Assembly: GCA_036785375.1 (NCBI GenBank)
Contig: JAWMAR010001270.1
Location: forward strand, 186,001 to 250,000
Direction: 5' to 3'
Source: Leucoraja ocellata
Lineage: Eukaryota
Length of the DNA stretch: 64,000 nucleotides
Part shown: positions 49,191 to 61,919 of the stretch, one piece after another
Position numbering within the stretch: the stretch's first letter is position 1
Layout of the letters: each line of letters begins with the position of its first letter
Made by a program: the position numbers and the translations under genes
Notes under the pieces: generated by a model
Seen by the model: only the letters and a program-made list of their open reading frames with translations
What the model was told of the DNA's origin: nothing
Databases searched by the model: none

Positions 49191-49831
49191 CATAAGAAAC
49201 ACAGAAACATAGAAACATAGAAAATATGTGCAGGAGGAGGCCATTCGGCCCTTCGAGCCAGCACCGCCATTCATTGCGATCATGGCTGATCGTCCCCAAT
49301 CAATAACCCGTGCCTGCCTTCTCCCCATATCCCTTGATTCCACTAGTCACTAGCCACCATCTAACTGTCTCTTAAATCCATCCAGTGATTTGGCCTCCAC
49401 TGCCCCCTGTGGTAGGGAATTCCACAAATTCACAACTCTCTGAGTGAAAAAGTGTTTTCTCACTTCAGTCTTAAATGACCTCCTCTTTAAAACTGTGACC
49501 CCTGGTTCTGGACTCGCCCAACATTGGGAACATTTTTCCTGCATCTAGCTCGATCAGTCCTTTTATAATTTTATATGCTTCTATAATAATTCCCTCTCAT
49601 CCTTCTAATCTCCAGTGAATACCTCTTTTCAATCTTTCCACATATGACAATCCCACCATCCCCGGGATCATCCTCGTGAACCTACGCTGCACTGCCTCAA
49701 TCACAAGGATGTCCTTCCTCAAATTAGGAGACCAAAACTGTACACAATACTCCAGATGTGGTCTTACCAGAGCCCTATACAACTGCAGAAGAACCTCTCT
49801 ACCCCTATACTGAAATCCTCTTGTTATGGAG
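49191..49831 (-). mobile_element. CR1 LINE 3' fragment
   Basis: Duplicate of 7490-8133. Confidence 0.88.
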
Positions 49832-51173
49832 CTATAGCAGGGTGACCAAATCTTCCTATCGTTCTGCATTATTTTTAATGAACGAGGCATTTAATAATAC
49901 CTAGGTCCTGGGTCATTCGGGTATAAACATTCTCGCCAGCTGAGCTACTGTGTGTGTATGGACCTGCGTATTCATTTCAATGAGATTTATAAATAAACTA
50001 TACTAAGTGGGATCCGTTGGGTCCCTGTCACACAAGAGGCTTGGTTCCCCAACGCAATATTGCATCACTCACCCATAGCCCCCAACTGCACGGGCGCAGC
50101 TCATTTCCCCTCATCCCTAGCACTCTCGCCCCTCCCCTTCACCCTCCCTCTTCATTCCCCTCTACTCATCCCCTCCACCACCCCCCCCCCCTTCACCTCT
50201 CTCTCCCTCTCCTTTCCCCTACCCTCAGTCACTCCCTCACTCCCTCCCTCCATAACTCCTCTCACTTCCCTAATCTCCTCCTCTCCCTCTATTTCCCCTC
50301 CTCCCCTACTCTCCCTCCTCACTTCTTCCCTCTCCTCCTACCCTCCCCCAAATTTTCCCTCGCCTCTCCTTGCCCCTACCCTCAGTCACTCTCTCCCTCC
50401 CTCCATAACCCCTCCCCCCCCCCCTCCTCACCCACTCTCCCTCCCCAGGGTCTCGAGGTTGCCGCTCCTCTCCCTTCTTATGAGCCCTGGAGGAGCATCA
50501 GCCGTCGGCGTCCTCAGAGCCAGGCCTCGGATCGGCCCGGAAGCACCAGCAGCTGTGTCTGTGTACCAGCGTGTGGGCGGAGGGGGGAGAGATCAGAGAA
50601 AAGACGGGGGAAGAGTCATGGGGGAGAGGGGGTATCACGGGGAAGGGGGCAGGGTCCAGCGAGGGGCACGAGAGGGGAGGGGGCTGGAGCTGGGGGGGCG
50701 TTGCGATGGTGGTATGTATGGGACTCACAGTGATCGCTGGACTTTCTCCTCCGCCGAGATCAGATTCACCACTTTCCATTTGGCGACGTCTGCCATGCAG
50801 CGCCGCTTCCGGTCCCTCCGAAAATGGTGTCCGGTTGGAGACCTCCGTCGGCCACCCACGGCGTCCCTCAGCTCCAGTAAAGACGCGATGGCGCAGGAAG
50901 GGGTGGACCGTCCTGATGAGTGACAGGAAAAGAGACTATTTCCGCGCGGCGCTGACTGGCAGGAGAGGAGATCGATCTGCGCCTGCGCAGTTTTAAAGAT
51001 TTTTATATCTCGCTAACGTTTACAATAGGGCAATAGCACAGGACAACGGCGAGTAAGAAAAATCATATCACTGTCCCGTACCACTTTTGCGCAAATAGAA
51101 AAACTAGGCAAACCACAAGAGCACAAGATCAGAGCTTTAGTTATGTACAGATAGAAGGTGAATAGATAGAAAG

Positions 51174-51462
51174 NNNNNNNNNNNNNNNNNNNNNNNNNNN
51201 NNNNNNNNNNNNNNNNNNNNNNNNNNNNNNNNNNNNNNNNNNNNNNNNNNNNNNNNNNNNNNNNNNNNNNNNNNNNNNNNNNNNNNNNNNNNNNNNNNNN
51301 NNNNNNNNNNNNNNNNNNNNNNNNNNNNNNNNNNNNNNNNNNNNNNNNNNNNNNNNNNNNNNNNNNNNNNNNNNNNNNNNNNNNNNNNNNNNNNNNNNNN
51401 NNNNNNNNNNNNNNNNNNNNNNNNNNNNNNNNNNNNNNNNNNNNNNNNNNNNNNNNNNNNNN
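51174..51462. other. Assembly gap (N run) at the position orthologous to the 9506-9590 microsatellite
   Basis: Ns; flanks match about 9480 and 9610. Confidence 0.97.
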
Positions 51463-54400
51463 AGCAGTAGGCCACAGCGTACTGCAGGCTGCCCAAATCC
51501 ACAATTGTATCTATTTAAATTATTGACTCAATACAGCACCAGCCTTCAAAACGCAAGAATGTCTGGAATGAACCTGTCAATTATCAAATCCCTGGTATTA
51601 GCCTGTGTCACAGCCATTCAAATTCGATATTGATTAACACGAATTACAAGCTGTGTGGTCAACCAATTTGAGACAGTCCTTACATTCCTATCTAAACAAA
51701 CTTCCTGGATTGAAGGAAACAAGGAGAATCTGCTGTGTTGGGGATAGGTTAGAAAGTTCAGATTGGATTCCAACAGGCTGGTTAAACTTTCGAGGTGGGT
51801 TGGCTTAAATAAAGATGCTGTCGCTTTAACCTCTGCTGTTGGTTATGAGAATTTACAGCTATTTGAATGCAGCAAAACTAGAGTCCTCACTCAGGAGTAG
51901 GTCGCACCTCCCCAGCTGATGGGCCCTTTTCTCGCTCTCTATCGCCCACCATATCAAGTGGGCAAACGCAGAGACAACCCGTAATATGAGTGGGTGCATT
52001 TTCTCAGTCAGACTTTGTCGACAGTTGGGGTGGGGGATCTGGGAGAGAGAGAGCTGGTGATGCTGCACAGATGTAACAGTTTAATAATGACCCATTAAAA
52101 TCCACCCTTCAGCCATTCGGCAACCTGGGCTGATCTGATCTGACAACCCTCTCACTAGCTCGCCGCATGCCCAATCCTAATGCAGAGCTTCCACAAAACC
52201 TTTGGGCTTCAGGTAACACCAGCAGAAAGAGTCTCTGCTAACAAGGGCAGGCGAACTGTGCTGGTCAATGTGCACTGGGCGAGATGGCTGGGGGAAATGT
52301 ACTGCAACCACCGCAAACTTGGAACAGCACAGACCCTCCACTCAATCTATCCAATACTAAAGGGTGGGAATTTCGCAGTTAAATGTCTTATATTGGATTG
52401 GAAGCTTCTTCACAGGGCCAACCCTTTACTCATTTTTCCTCTGAGATTAATCTTTGCCTGAATGGTACATTCACACCGCCTGTAGGTAAAGCATCAGCCC
52501 ACATCACACCGATACAGTCGCTGCCTGCCTCAGATTAATTATGTTTACACGTAAATTATGAATAAGACAATGTTTCAAACATGTAATATTTTCTTATTTC
52601 AGTACATGTTAAGGATTCAATGAAAATAATAAATTCATTTTGAATAACTCACAATTGCAGATTAATGAACTGAACTAGAACTGGGACTGTGTAAGTAGTG
52701 TGTGAACAACAGAACAAGAAAGGAAGAAAATTAGTTGACAGAATTCTAGATTAATTCCTTGGTAGAATAGTAAACGATTTATACACAGTTTATACAGCGC
52801 TGCATTTGCTTTTATTATCCCGAATTACCTTTGACAAATCCCATAATTCCTTACGTTTATCAAGATACCGAACTCGCTTATCCTACAAGGGATGCACAAC
52901 CGAAACATAAGAATTACCTTTCAGGCAATTACAGTGCAATTGGGGAGATAGTTATACACATGAGAACCTCGTTACCGAGTTGCTAGCATGAAGAGTTATC
53001 CCGGATTTTCTCGATTCATCTGCGCAAACGATTGCTTTTCAATTTTAGACCGCAATGTATCTCAGGTCGAAAGTTTTCATCTGGTGAAAGGGAGGAGACC
53101 AAGCTCGATTTCTCACCCTTCCATGCAAAATTGAATCAAATCCATTATAAAAGGAGAATACTGGAAGTACTTAGTAAACCCACAACATCCGTGAAAACAG
53201 AGCATTCTATGTATTTATAATGGATTTTGTGTATCTGTTTGTTTAATCGAATCACATTATCAGTCTCTGTCATGTGATGGATCTTTACTTTTGTTGTCTG
53301 GTGTGGTATAATGCTCATAATATTAACCAGAAAATGCACATTGTGATATTAGAAATTTGACATTAAGGCCGTAAAAGTTGTCTTCTGTGTCCTGGTTCTG
53401 TGGACCAGAAAGAACAAGCAGAATTTTCAATCCTCTCAGTCTAGTTACAGAGTGCATGCATGTACATTTCAGTTAAAGTTGAATCACAGTTCAGTTAATG
53501 TCGAATACGAAAGGGTTAATAGAACAATGAACAACCAAGCTGCAAAAAAAAAACGAGGTCCTGCAGCCAAAAATACAATTTCAGCAAGGATTGGAATGAA
53601 GCACTAATTCCATTTGTCTGAGTATTCGCGGATTGCTTCGGTGTGAGACATTCATATTCTCCAACCTTCTGGATGAAAAATTACTTCCTGTTGAATGTTG
53701 AATGGCCCGATCTTATTTCCAAAATTACCTCTCACTCTGTGGATCCGTCTTCAGAAAAATAATTGCGATTTCATAACCTCCTACCTCTGCTGGAGGAGTG
53801 GGCTCCTCCCGGTGGCTTCACAGAATATTGCAGACGTTTATCACCTATCCCCAACATCATGAGTAAATTTCGCCAGCGAGAGAGGATGTTGCAGAACTCT
53901 CGTCGGCGCTTCTTCCACCTAGGCCGCAAATCCAATATCCATATGTTAGTTGCTACCAACATTTCAGCACTCCCACATTCCCGAAGCGGATGATTGCATA
54001 GTACTCATCGTACTGCCCCTATCTGTATGTCATCTGCCAGGCTCAATTTGAAGAAGGGTTTCGGCCCGAAACGTTGCCTATTTCCCTCGCTCCATAGATG
54101 CTGCTGCACCCGCTGAGTTTCTCCAGCATTTTTGTCTACCTTCGATTTTCCAGCATCTGCAGTTCCTTCTTAAACAATTCACTTGATCTAATTTCATTCT
54201 ACACTATAATTTATTATACTTTTTTTCTTCACAATGACAATAGTTGAGCAAAACCACTTGGCCTTCTTCTTCTTGCGTATGGCGTGCACAGCCTAAAGTT
54301 GTAGGACAACTTGGTCTATTTAATCTTATTTGATTTTGCACGCCAGATTGATTGCATTCATTGAAACAGAGCGGACCACGTGAAGGCTGTAATCTTCCGC

Positions 54401-55014
54401 CACTACCACTTGACCAATTCTTTAGGTTTATAGAATATAAGAACGGTGAACTAATGGAGAAGAAGCACGTACATTGGGGAGTGGACATGGAACGCTGGAG
54501 CGGGGTGATGAGTCAAGTAACACGAGGGGGGATAGAAAAGGTGAAAATGGGAGAGATAGGCTGGGTGGACGTGCGAGTGAGAAAGACACACAGGGCCAGT
54601 GGTTTACATGTAAGTGGAAATATCAGTGTTCATGCCACTGAGTGGCATGCTCTGTCTAAGCGGTATGAACATTGACTTCTCTAACTTCAACTAACCATTG
54701 CTTTCCCTCTCTATCCATCCCTCCCCCTTCCCAGTTCTTCGACCAGTCTTCCTGTCTCCAACTACATTTTATCTTTGTTTGCTTTGTTGTTACCTTCTCT
54801 CGGCTAACAATGATCTATTCTACATTGCCCTTGATCTCCATTCCCTTTGCCCTGTTTTCACAACTTCAAACTTCCTTATCTATCTATATCCCTCCCCCCC
54901 TGACGTCAGTCTGAAGAAGGTCTCGACCTGAAACGTTACTCATTCCTTCTCTCCAGAGATGCTACCTGTCCCTCTGAGTTACTCCAGCATTCTGTGTCTA
55001 TCTCTGGTTTATAG

Positions 55015-57262
55015 AGAACCGGCCTCCACCGCCTTCTGAGGCAGAGAATTCCACAGACTCACAACTCTCTATATGAAAAAGTTATTCTTCATCTCCGTTC
55101 TAAATGGCTTACCCCTTATTCTTAAACTGTGACCCCTGGTTCTGGACTCCCTCAAAATCGGGAACATGTTTCCTGCCTCTAGCTTGTCCAATCTTATATG
55201 TTTCAATAAGACACACTCCCATCCTAAATTCCAGAGTATACAAGCCCAGCGGCTCCATTCTATCAACATATGATAATCCCACCATCCCGGGAATTAACCT
55301 GGTGAACCTACCTACGCTGCACTCCCTCAATAGCAAGAATGCCCTCCTCAGATTTGGAGACCAGAACTGCAATAAATATTCCAGGTGTGGTCTCACTAGT
55401 GCCCTGTACAACAGCAGAAAGACCTCTTTGCTCCTGTACTCAACTCCTCTTGTTATGAAGGCCATTTGCTTTCTTCACTGCCTACTGTACCTGCATGCTT
55501 ACTTTCAGTGACTGATGAACAAGGACCCCCACATCCCGTTGTACTTGCCTTTTTCCCAACTTGACACCATTTAGATAATAACCTGCCTTCCTGTTTTGCC
55601 ACCAAAGTGGATAACCTCACATTTATCCACATTAAACGGCATCTGTCATGCATCTGCCCACTCACCCAACCTGTCCAAGTCATGCTGCATCCTCATAGCA
55701 TCCTCCTCACAGGTCACACTTCCACCCAGCTTTGTGTCACTCGCAAATTTGCTAATGTTATTTTTAATCCCTTCATCAAAATCATTAATGTATATTGTAA
55801 ATAGCTGCAGTCCCAGCACCGAGCCTTGCGGTACCCCACTAGTCACTGCCTACCATTCTGTAAGGGACCCGTTAATCCCTACTCTTTTTTTCCTGTCTGC
55901 CAACCAATTTTCTATCCGTCAGCACTCTACCCCCAATACCATGTGCCCTAATTTTGCCCACTAAGCTCCTATGTGGGGCCTTATCAAATGCTTTCTGAAA
56001 GTCCAGGTACACTACATCCACTGGCTCTCCCTTGTCTATTTTCCCAGTTAAATCCTCAAAAAATTCCAGAAGATTAGTCTAGCATGATTTCCCCTTCGTA
56101 AAACCATGCTGACTCGGACTGATCCTGCTACCTGTACTGTTATCTAAATGTGTGGCTATTTCATCTTTTATAATTAATTCCAGCATCTTCCCCACCACCG
56201 ATGTGAGGTTAACTGGCCTATAAATCCCTGTTTTCTCTCTCCCGCCTTTCTTAAACAGTGGGATAACATTAGCTACCCTCCAATCCACAGGAACTGATCC
56301 TGAATCTACAGAACATTGGAAAATAATCACCAATGCATCCATGATTTCCAGAGCCACCTCCTTAAGTACCCTGGGATGCAGATCATCGGGCCCTGGGGAT
56401 TTATCAGTCTTAAGTCCCATCAGTCTACCCAACACCAATTCCTGCCTAATGTGCATTTCCTTCAGTTCCTCTGTCACCCTAGATCTTATGGCCACTGGTA
56501 CATCAGGGAGATTGTTTGTGTCCTCCTTAGTGAAGATGGATCCAAAGAACCTGTTCAACTCGTCTGCAATTTCCTTGTTCCCCATAATAAATTCACCTTT
56601 CTCAGTCTTCAATGGTCCAACTTTGATCCTAACTTTTTTTCCTCTTCACATACCCAAATAAGCTTTTAATATCCTCCTTTATATTCTGGGCCAATTTACC
56701 TTCGTACCTCATCTTTTCTCCCCGTATTGCCATTTGTTGCTCTTTAAACGTTTCCCAATCTTCTGGCTTCCTGTTCATCTATGCTATTTTATATGTCTTC
56801 TCTTTTATTTTTATATTGTCCCTGACTTCCCTTGTCAGCCACGGTCGCCCCTTACTCCCCTTGGAATCTTTCTTGCTCTTTGGAATGAACTGATCCTGCA
56901 CCTTCAGTATTATTCCAAGAAATACCTGCCATTGTTGAATCCATTGCCATCCCTGCTAGGGTATCTTTCCAGTCAACTTTGGCCAGCTCTTCCCTCATCG
57001 CTTCATAATCCCCTTTGTTCAACTGTAATACTGACACCTCCGATTTATCCTTCTCCCTCTCAAATTGTAGATTAAAATTTATCAGATTATGGTCACCACC
57101 TCCTAATGGCTCCTTGACATCGAGTTCCCTTTATCAAATGCGGTTCATTACACAACACTAAATCCAAAATTGCCTTCTCCCTGGTAGGTTCCAGTACAAG
57201 CTGCTCTAAGAATCCATCTCGGAGGCACTCCACAAACTCACTTTCTTGGGGTCCAGTACCAG
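55015..57262 (-). mobile_element. CR1 LINE (longer orthologous copy of 13485-15116)
   Basis: SGVPQGSVLG, YRPVNLTS and ILDLVLCN motifs. Confidence 0.9.
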
Positions 57263-58063
57263 CAGCTGCAGCTCCTTCACACACATTGTATCGTATCGTA
57301 GTACCTGAAATTTGAAAATATAATGTTCAAACCATTAGTTTGTAAGCTACTCAAGTGAAATGTAAAGTGTGGTCTTCCACTTTGTGTGTTGGTCTCACTC
57401 TGGCAGTGGGGGACGGAAAGGACGGAAAGGTCGGTATGGGAAGGAAAAGGTGTGTAAATTGGTTAGCAACCTCGAGCTCCAGCTGGCCTTCGCGAACAGG
57501 GCAAGGTTCGCGATCTAAAATATCGTCTGTCCATTCCTTCCGCCGATGCTGCCTGACCCGCTGAGTTCCTCCAGCATTCTGTTCTTTGCTGAAGGAACAC
57601 AGCAGATTAGAGGTATCCATTTGCTCTATAGGTGCTGGATAGCTTGTTGGGTCCGTCGAGCAGTACAAAAATAATTTACGTGGAACGAGAAAACTAGTAA
57701 AATACACGGAAGAACGGAATTGTGTTTGTGGTAGAAAACTACTGGAATAATATAACGGTAATATGGACGTTTCGGGTCCCTTCATTCAGTCCCAACACCT
57801 GCAGTTCCTCGTGTCTCCATTTTGTTTGTGTAATTCAATTAGTGATAGCTTCTGCTCTCGGGATTCTTTAGTGCTCCCGGGAAGTCTAGGAGAAAATTCT
57901 ACATCAAGCATAAATGTTTCACCTGGGAGATGAGATGGGATGCCTTAAAATAAAACTAAATATGAAACCCACTGCACTGTCACATGATATCCGGCGTCAT
58001 GAAATACACGAATCTTTGAAGAGGCTTCCTCATTTGCAGCAAGCGACCACCTCATTTTGCAAA

Positions 58064-61000
58064 ATGTCGTTTGGAGCATCAGTTCGATACATGACTCTTC
58101 TGGCTACAGTTTGGCACGGTACGTTTAGATACATGTGGGGTTTCCGAATCTCATGTCATGTTTTATAATATTCTATTTTTAAAAAAGACATGTAGTTCTG
58201 GAGTAATTCCGTGGGTCAGGCAGCATCTAAGGAGAACGTGGATAGGTGACGTTTCGGGTCGAAACTACTTCAGAATCTAAAGAAGACTCTTGGCAGCAGA
58301 GTTACTCCAACACTCGGTGTCTTTTTTTGTAAACCAGTTCCTTGTATCTCCTTAGAATATTCTATGTTGGTTACCAAGCACGAATTCAGTTACAATGCTT
58401 CTTAATTCGTTTATGTCCGATTCTAGTTTATTTTGAATTTTTCAACTCTTTGTTCATTTTGCTTGTCCGGATGGCCAACTGTTTTCAATATTCTTGTTTT
58501 ATTTCTGGCAGCCTTCGAAGTAACTTCAACTAAAGTGGGACAATTCCCTAAAGACCTGACCGTCCACAGCGGAGGCAATGCGTCCATGTTCTGCACATTC
58601 TCAATACAACAAGTTACTCCTGCTGTTTACTGGTGGAAATGGGGCGAGAAGACATTTATAGAACCAGACAGCAGAAAACAATTTTCTATCAGAAAGGGCA
58701 TTGCGGATTTCATTCTCCTGAATACGAAAATCGCGGACTCCGGAGTTTATTATTGTAAAGTGAAACAACAGCAGCAATCTATCGGAGATGGACCTGGCTC
58801 AACGCTCACCGTGTTCGGTAAGTGCCCTGTAAGGGAGACATTTTAAGCTTCCCGGGGTACAAGTAAAGCTCGCTGATATGAATAACATGACATTTTATAA
58901 CTCGGCAAAAACTCGATAAGATTTATACTATAAAAACAAACCGTTCCAAATCTGATATATTTAAATAATCCGTAAGTGGGTCAGCATCTGTGTAGAGATA
59001 AAATGTCCTTTTCCTCATTTCGTACTTCTCCAGAGATTTTCCATTGCTCTCCTGCAGATTCGCGCTGTCCACTTTGGCGTTATTGCCCACGATTCAGATT
59101 CACCCTTTACTACCCTCCATGGTGTGCTTGAATGTATTTACATCAAATGACTTAGATTAAAAGGTTGTTTAGAATTGTTTTTCATGGAAAATGTTGAAGC
59201 CACGTGGATGTTTTAATCTCAGTTGTGATAGGAATGTCCCATTTCTGCTCCCGAAGACAATGGAATAATTTTAACACCTCCATCCTGGATAGGCTCTTTA
59301 AAACAATATTCAAACGCCACCACTCTACGCCAATAGTGGTTACAATCTCATAAGAATAGTGTTTGCAGTCCATATTGATTCACACATAATTTTCGCTTTT
59401 TACGCGCCACCTTACAAATTATCTCCGAAATCTGTAATCATTTAATCACTTAAAGTCTGGAAACAAGAAAATAAATCGATCTCTCGAGATTGGGATGTTA
59501 GAATATTAATTTAGATTAGGTATCGTGGGGTATGTGACAACAGGGTTTGTGACACAGAGACCTGACGCACAAACCACCCACGATTGAATTGAACAACGGA
59601 GCGGCCTCGGCCTTAAATATTCGACTCTTATTCGTCGGCTGTAAACGAAGCTGAACCCCGGATCAAACCACCACGGTTATTATACAGATGAATCCTATAA
59701 ACCGTTGAGAGGTTTGATTTGCTCGATTCTTACTCCAGGGACAGAATATCACCGTCTCACTCCGAGGATTCTCATTAAACCCTTAACCTTTATAAAATAC
59801 GAGTAAGATTTAACGGCATTGGGGCAAACGCCTGAGCTCCCGTCCTTACAATTACATTCTTACATGACTCAACCACGTTACCCACAAGAATCAGTCTCTC
59901 CACGTTTCCCCCCAATTATTCATTCTATCTAAATAGATCTGTGTTCGTGCCACAGATTAATTTTACGTTTTAGCTGATGATGCACTCGCCGAGGCTGAGA
60001 ATAAGCATCGAGGTCTCCTCTGAGTTCAATAAAGAAACCGATCCAACAACCTGTTACTAAAGAAACGGAATGTAAAAATATTTAAAACTTATTAAACTCG
60101 TAGTCATCAACTCGTAGAGCGATTTAACAAGAGGCCTCCTACTAACTACCTACTGATTGTAGATCCGACGGAGGTAGATCAGCGTTCGCAAATACCCACT
60201 CTGTGCTGATATAAGTGAAATCTTATTCAGACCAAACGTCTTCAACAAACCGAGTACATTTGGAAAATGGCAAAATTGTAGAAGAAACGTAGTCTAATTT
60301 GGATTTCCCATTCGCGTATTGTACTTATTGAAGAAGTGTCGAATATTTGCACGGCGATACTAATTATCAATAAATAGACACAAAAAGCTGGAGTAACTTA
60401 ACGGGCAGGCAGCATCTCTGGAGAGAAGGAATGGGTGACGGTTCGGGTCGAGATCCTTCTCCAGACATCTGCATTTCCTTCTTAATAACTATTAGTATAA
60501 CTCTATCATGCTCAAATTGCTCGGTTAGCATTGTGGAGAAACGTCCCGGGCCAAAAGCTGTATCACTCGAGCCCTCCATCCCAGGTATTAAACAATTGTG
60601 TGGCCCAAGCTTTCATCAATGCAACTACGGCCTGCGTATTGATTATTGATATTGGTGACATCTGGATATATACAGCGCTACATTGGTTAGCGCTGCCCAA
60701 AATTTCAGCGACCCAAGTTCGACCCAGATCCTGCGTGCGTCCATATATAGTTCTCCCCTTCAACGCGTAGACATTCCACCGGTGCTCCGGTTTATTCCGC
60801 GTGCCACAGATATGCAGGTTGGTAGGAAAACTAGTCTCTGTAAATTGTCCCGGTTGATTGGTCGTGGTGAGGAGTGAAGAGGAAAGTTGACAGGAGATGA
60901 AAAATGAATACGTGGAGATGGAGGTTTAATTACGCAATAGGTAATCTGGGCTGCTCTGTGCTGTGCTGTGCTGTGTATCTCTGTGATATTCCACTCTACA

Positions 61001-61644
61001 CGTATCATTCTTTACACCAAAATCTCGTAAAAACAGTCATTTTTGAATGAACATAAAAAGTTGTTGCCATCGATGATACACACCCGCCACGCTACTGATT
61101 TGGCACTTTAGAACATTGGCGATTGTTCAGAAGCCCTCATATTACCTACATCCAAACCTCGGATTCCTTATGTATTGCTTGGATATATTTCACTGTCAAA
61201 TCTAAAACAATGACAAATCAGTGATTGCAAAAGCGATTGTACCGATAACCGATCTCATGGTGGGAGTGCAAGGTCGCGGTGTGACGAGGCAAACTAGAAT
61301 GTTATCGTTGAATTGGAAAGAAAATGTGCAACATATTTTTTCTTCTGTTACAGCTCCGCCAACTCCCCTGAGCATTAGCCAAGTTAATGGCAGTTCGCCG
61401 CCCAGACTTGTGTGTAAAACGGCTGCCTTTTCCCCGAAGGAAGTCAAAATATCCTGGCAAAGAAACGGTGTAACAATTTCCACCGGGGAAGAACGTGTGA
61501 ACATCAGTAGCGTGGAGGAGTTGTATGTGGCTTCCAGCTTTCTCCAAGTAACAAAGCCTACCTGGCGCGTTGATATTTACACCTGCCTAGTGTCACATGT
61601 CTCCCTTGCGGTCCCGGCCAAAGTCGACTACACCGTCAAGCCAG
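58064..61644 (+). CDS. IgSF receptor gene 4 (diverged paralogue; TM/tail not found in window)
   Basis: Leader 58064-58118, V 58512-58817 (306 bp, DSGVYYC, GDGPGSTLTVF), C1 61354-61644 (FSP, YTCLVSH). All junctions are phase 1 GT-AG. Confidence 0.85.
58512..58817 (+). CDS. Gene 4 VJ-type V exon
   Basis: ttctggcag|CC...G|GTAAGT. 53 of 101 residues identical to the gene 1 V domain by manual alignment. Confidence 0.92.
61354..61644 (+). CDS. Gene 4 C1-set exon
   Basis: ttctgttacag|CT...G|GTAAGA; C1 signature present. Confidence 0.92.
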
Positions 61645-61919
61645 GTAAGACTGGCAAATAGAGCTGGGAACAGATTTAGAAATATTGATGGATACAGCTC
61701 AAACACGACTAGACGGGCTGAATGTGGACCGTGTTTATTCGCCGCGGGAGTTCGGGCAAACTGACGTATCATATGCTCTCATCTGTTTTCTAAATTATAT
61801 CTGCATCTTCAATATTTATAGTGTCTGTGACGTGGCTAAACCTTCAAGGCTGTCAGAGGTGTTAGCAAACAAAAAATAATCAAAAAGACACAATCAGTGA
61901 GATGGGGATAGAGGTACAC

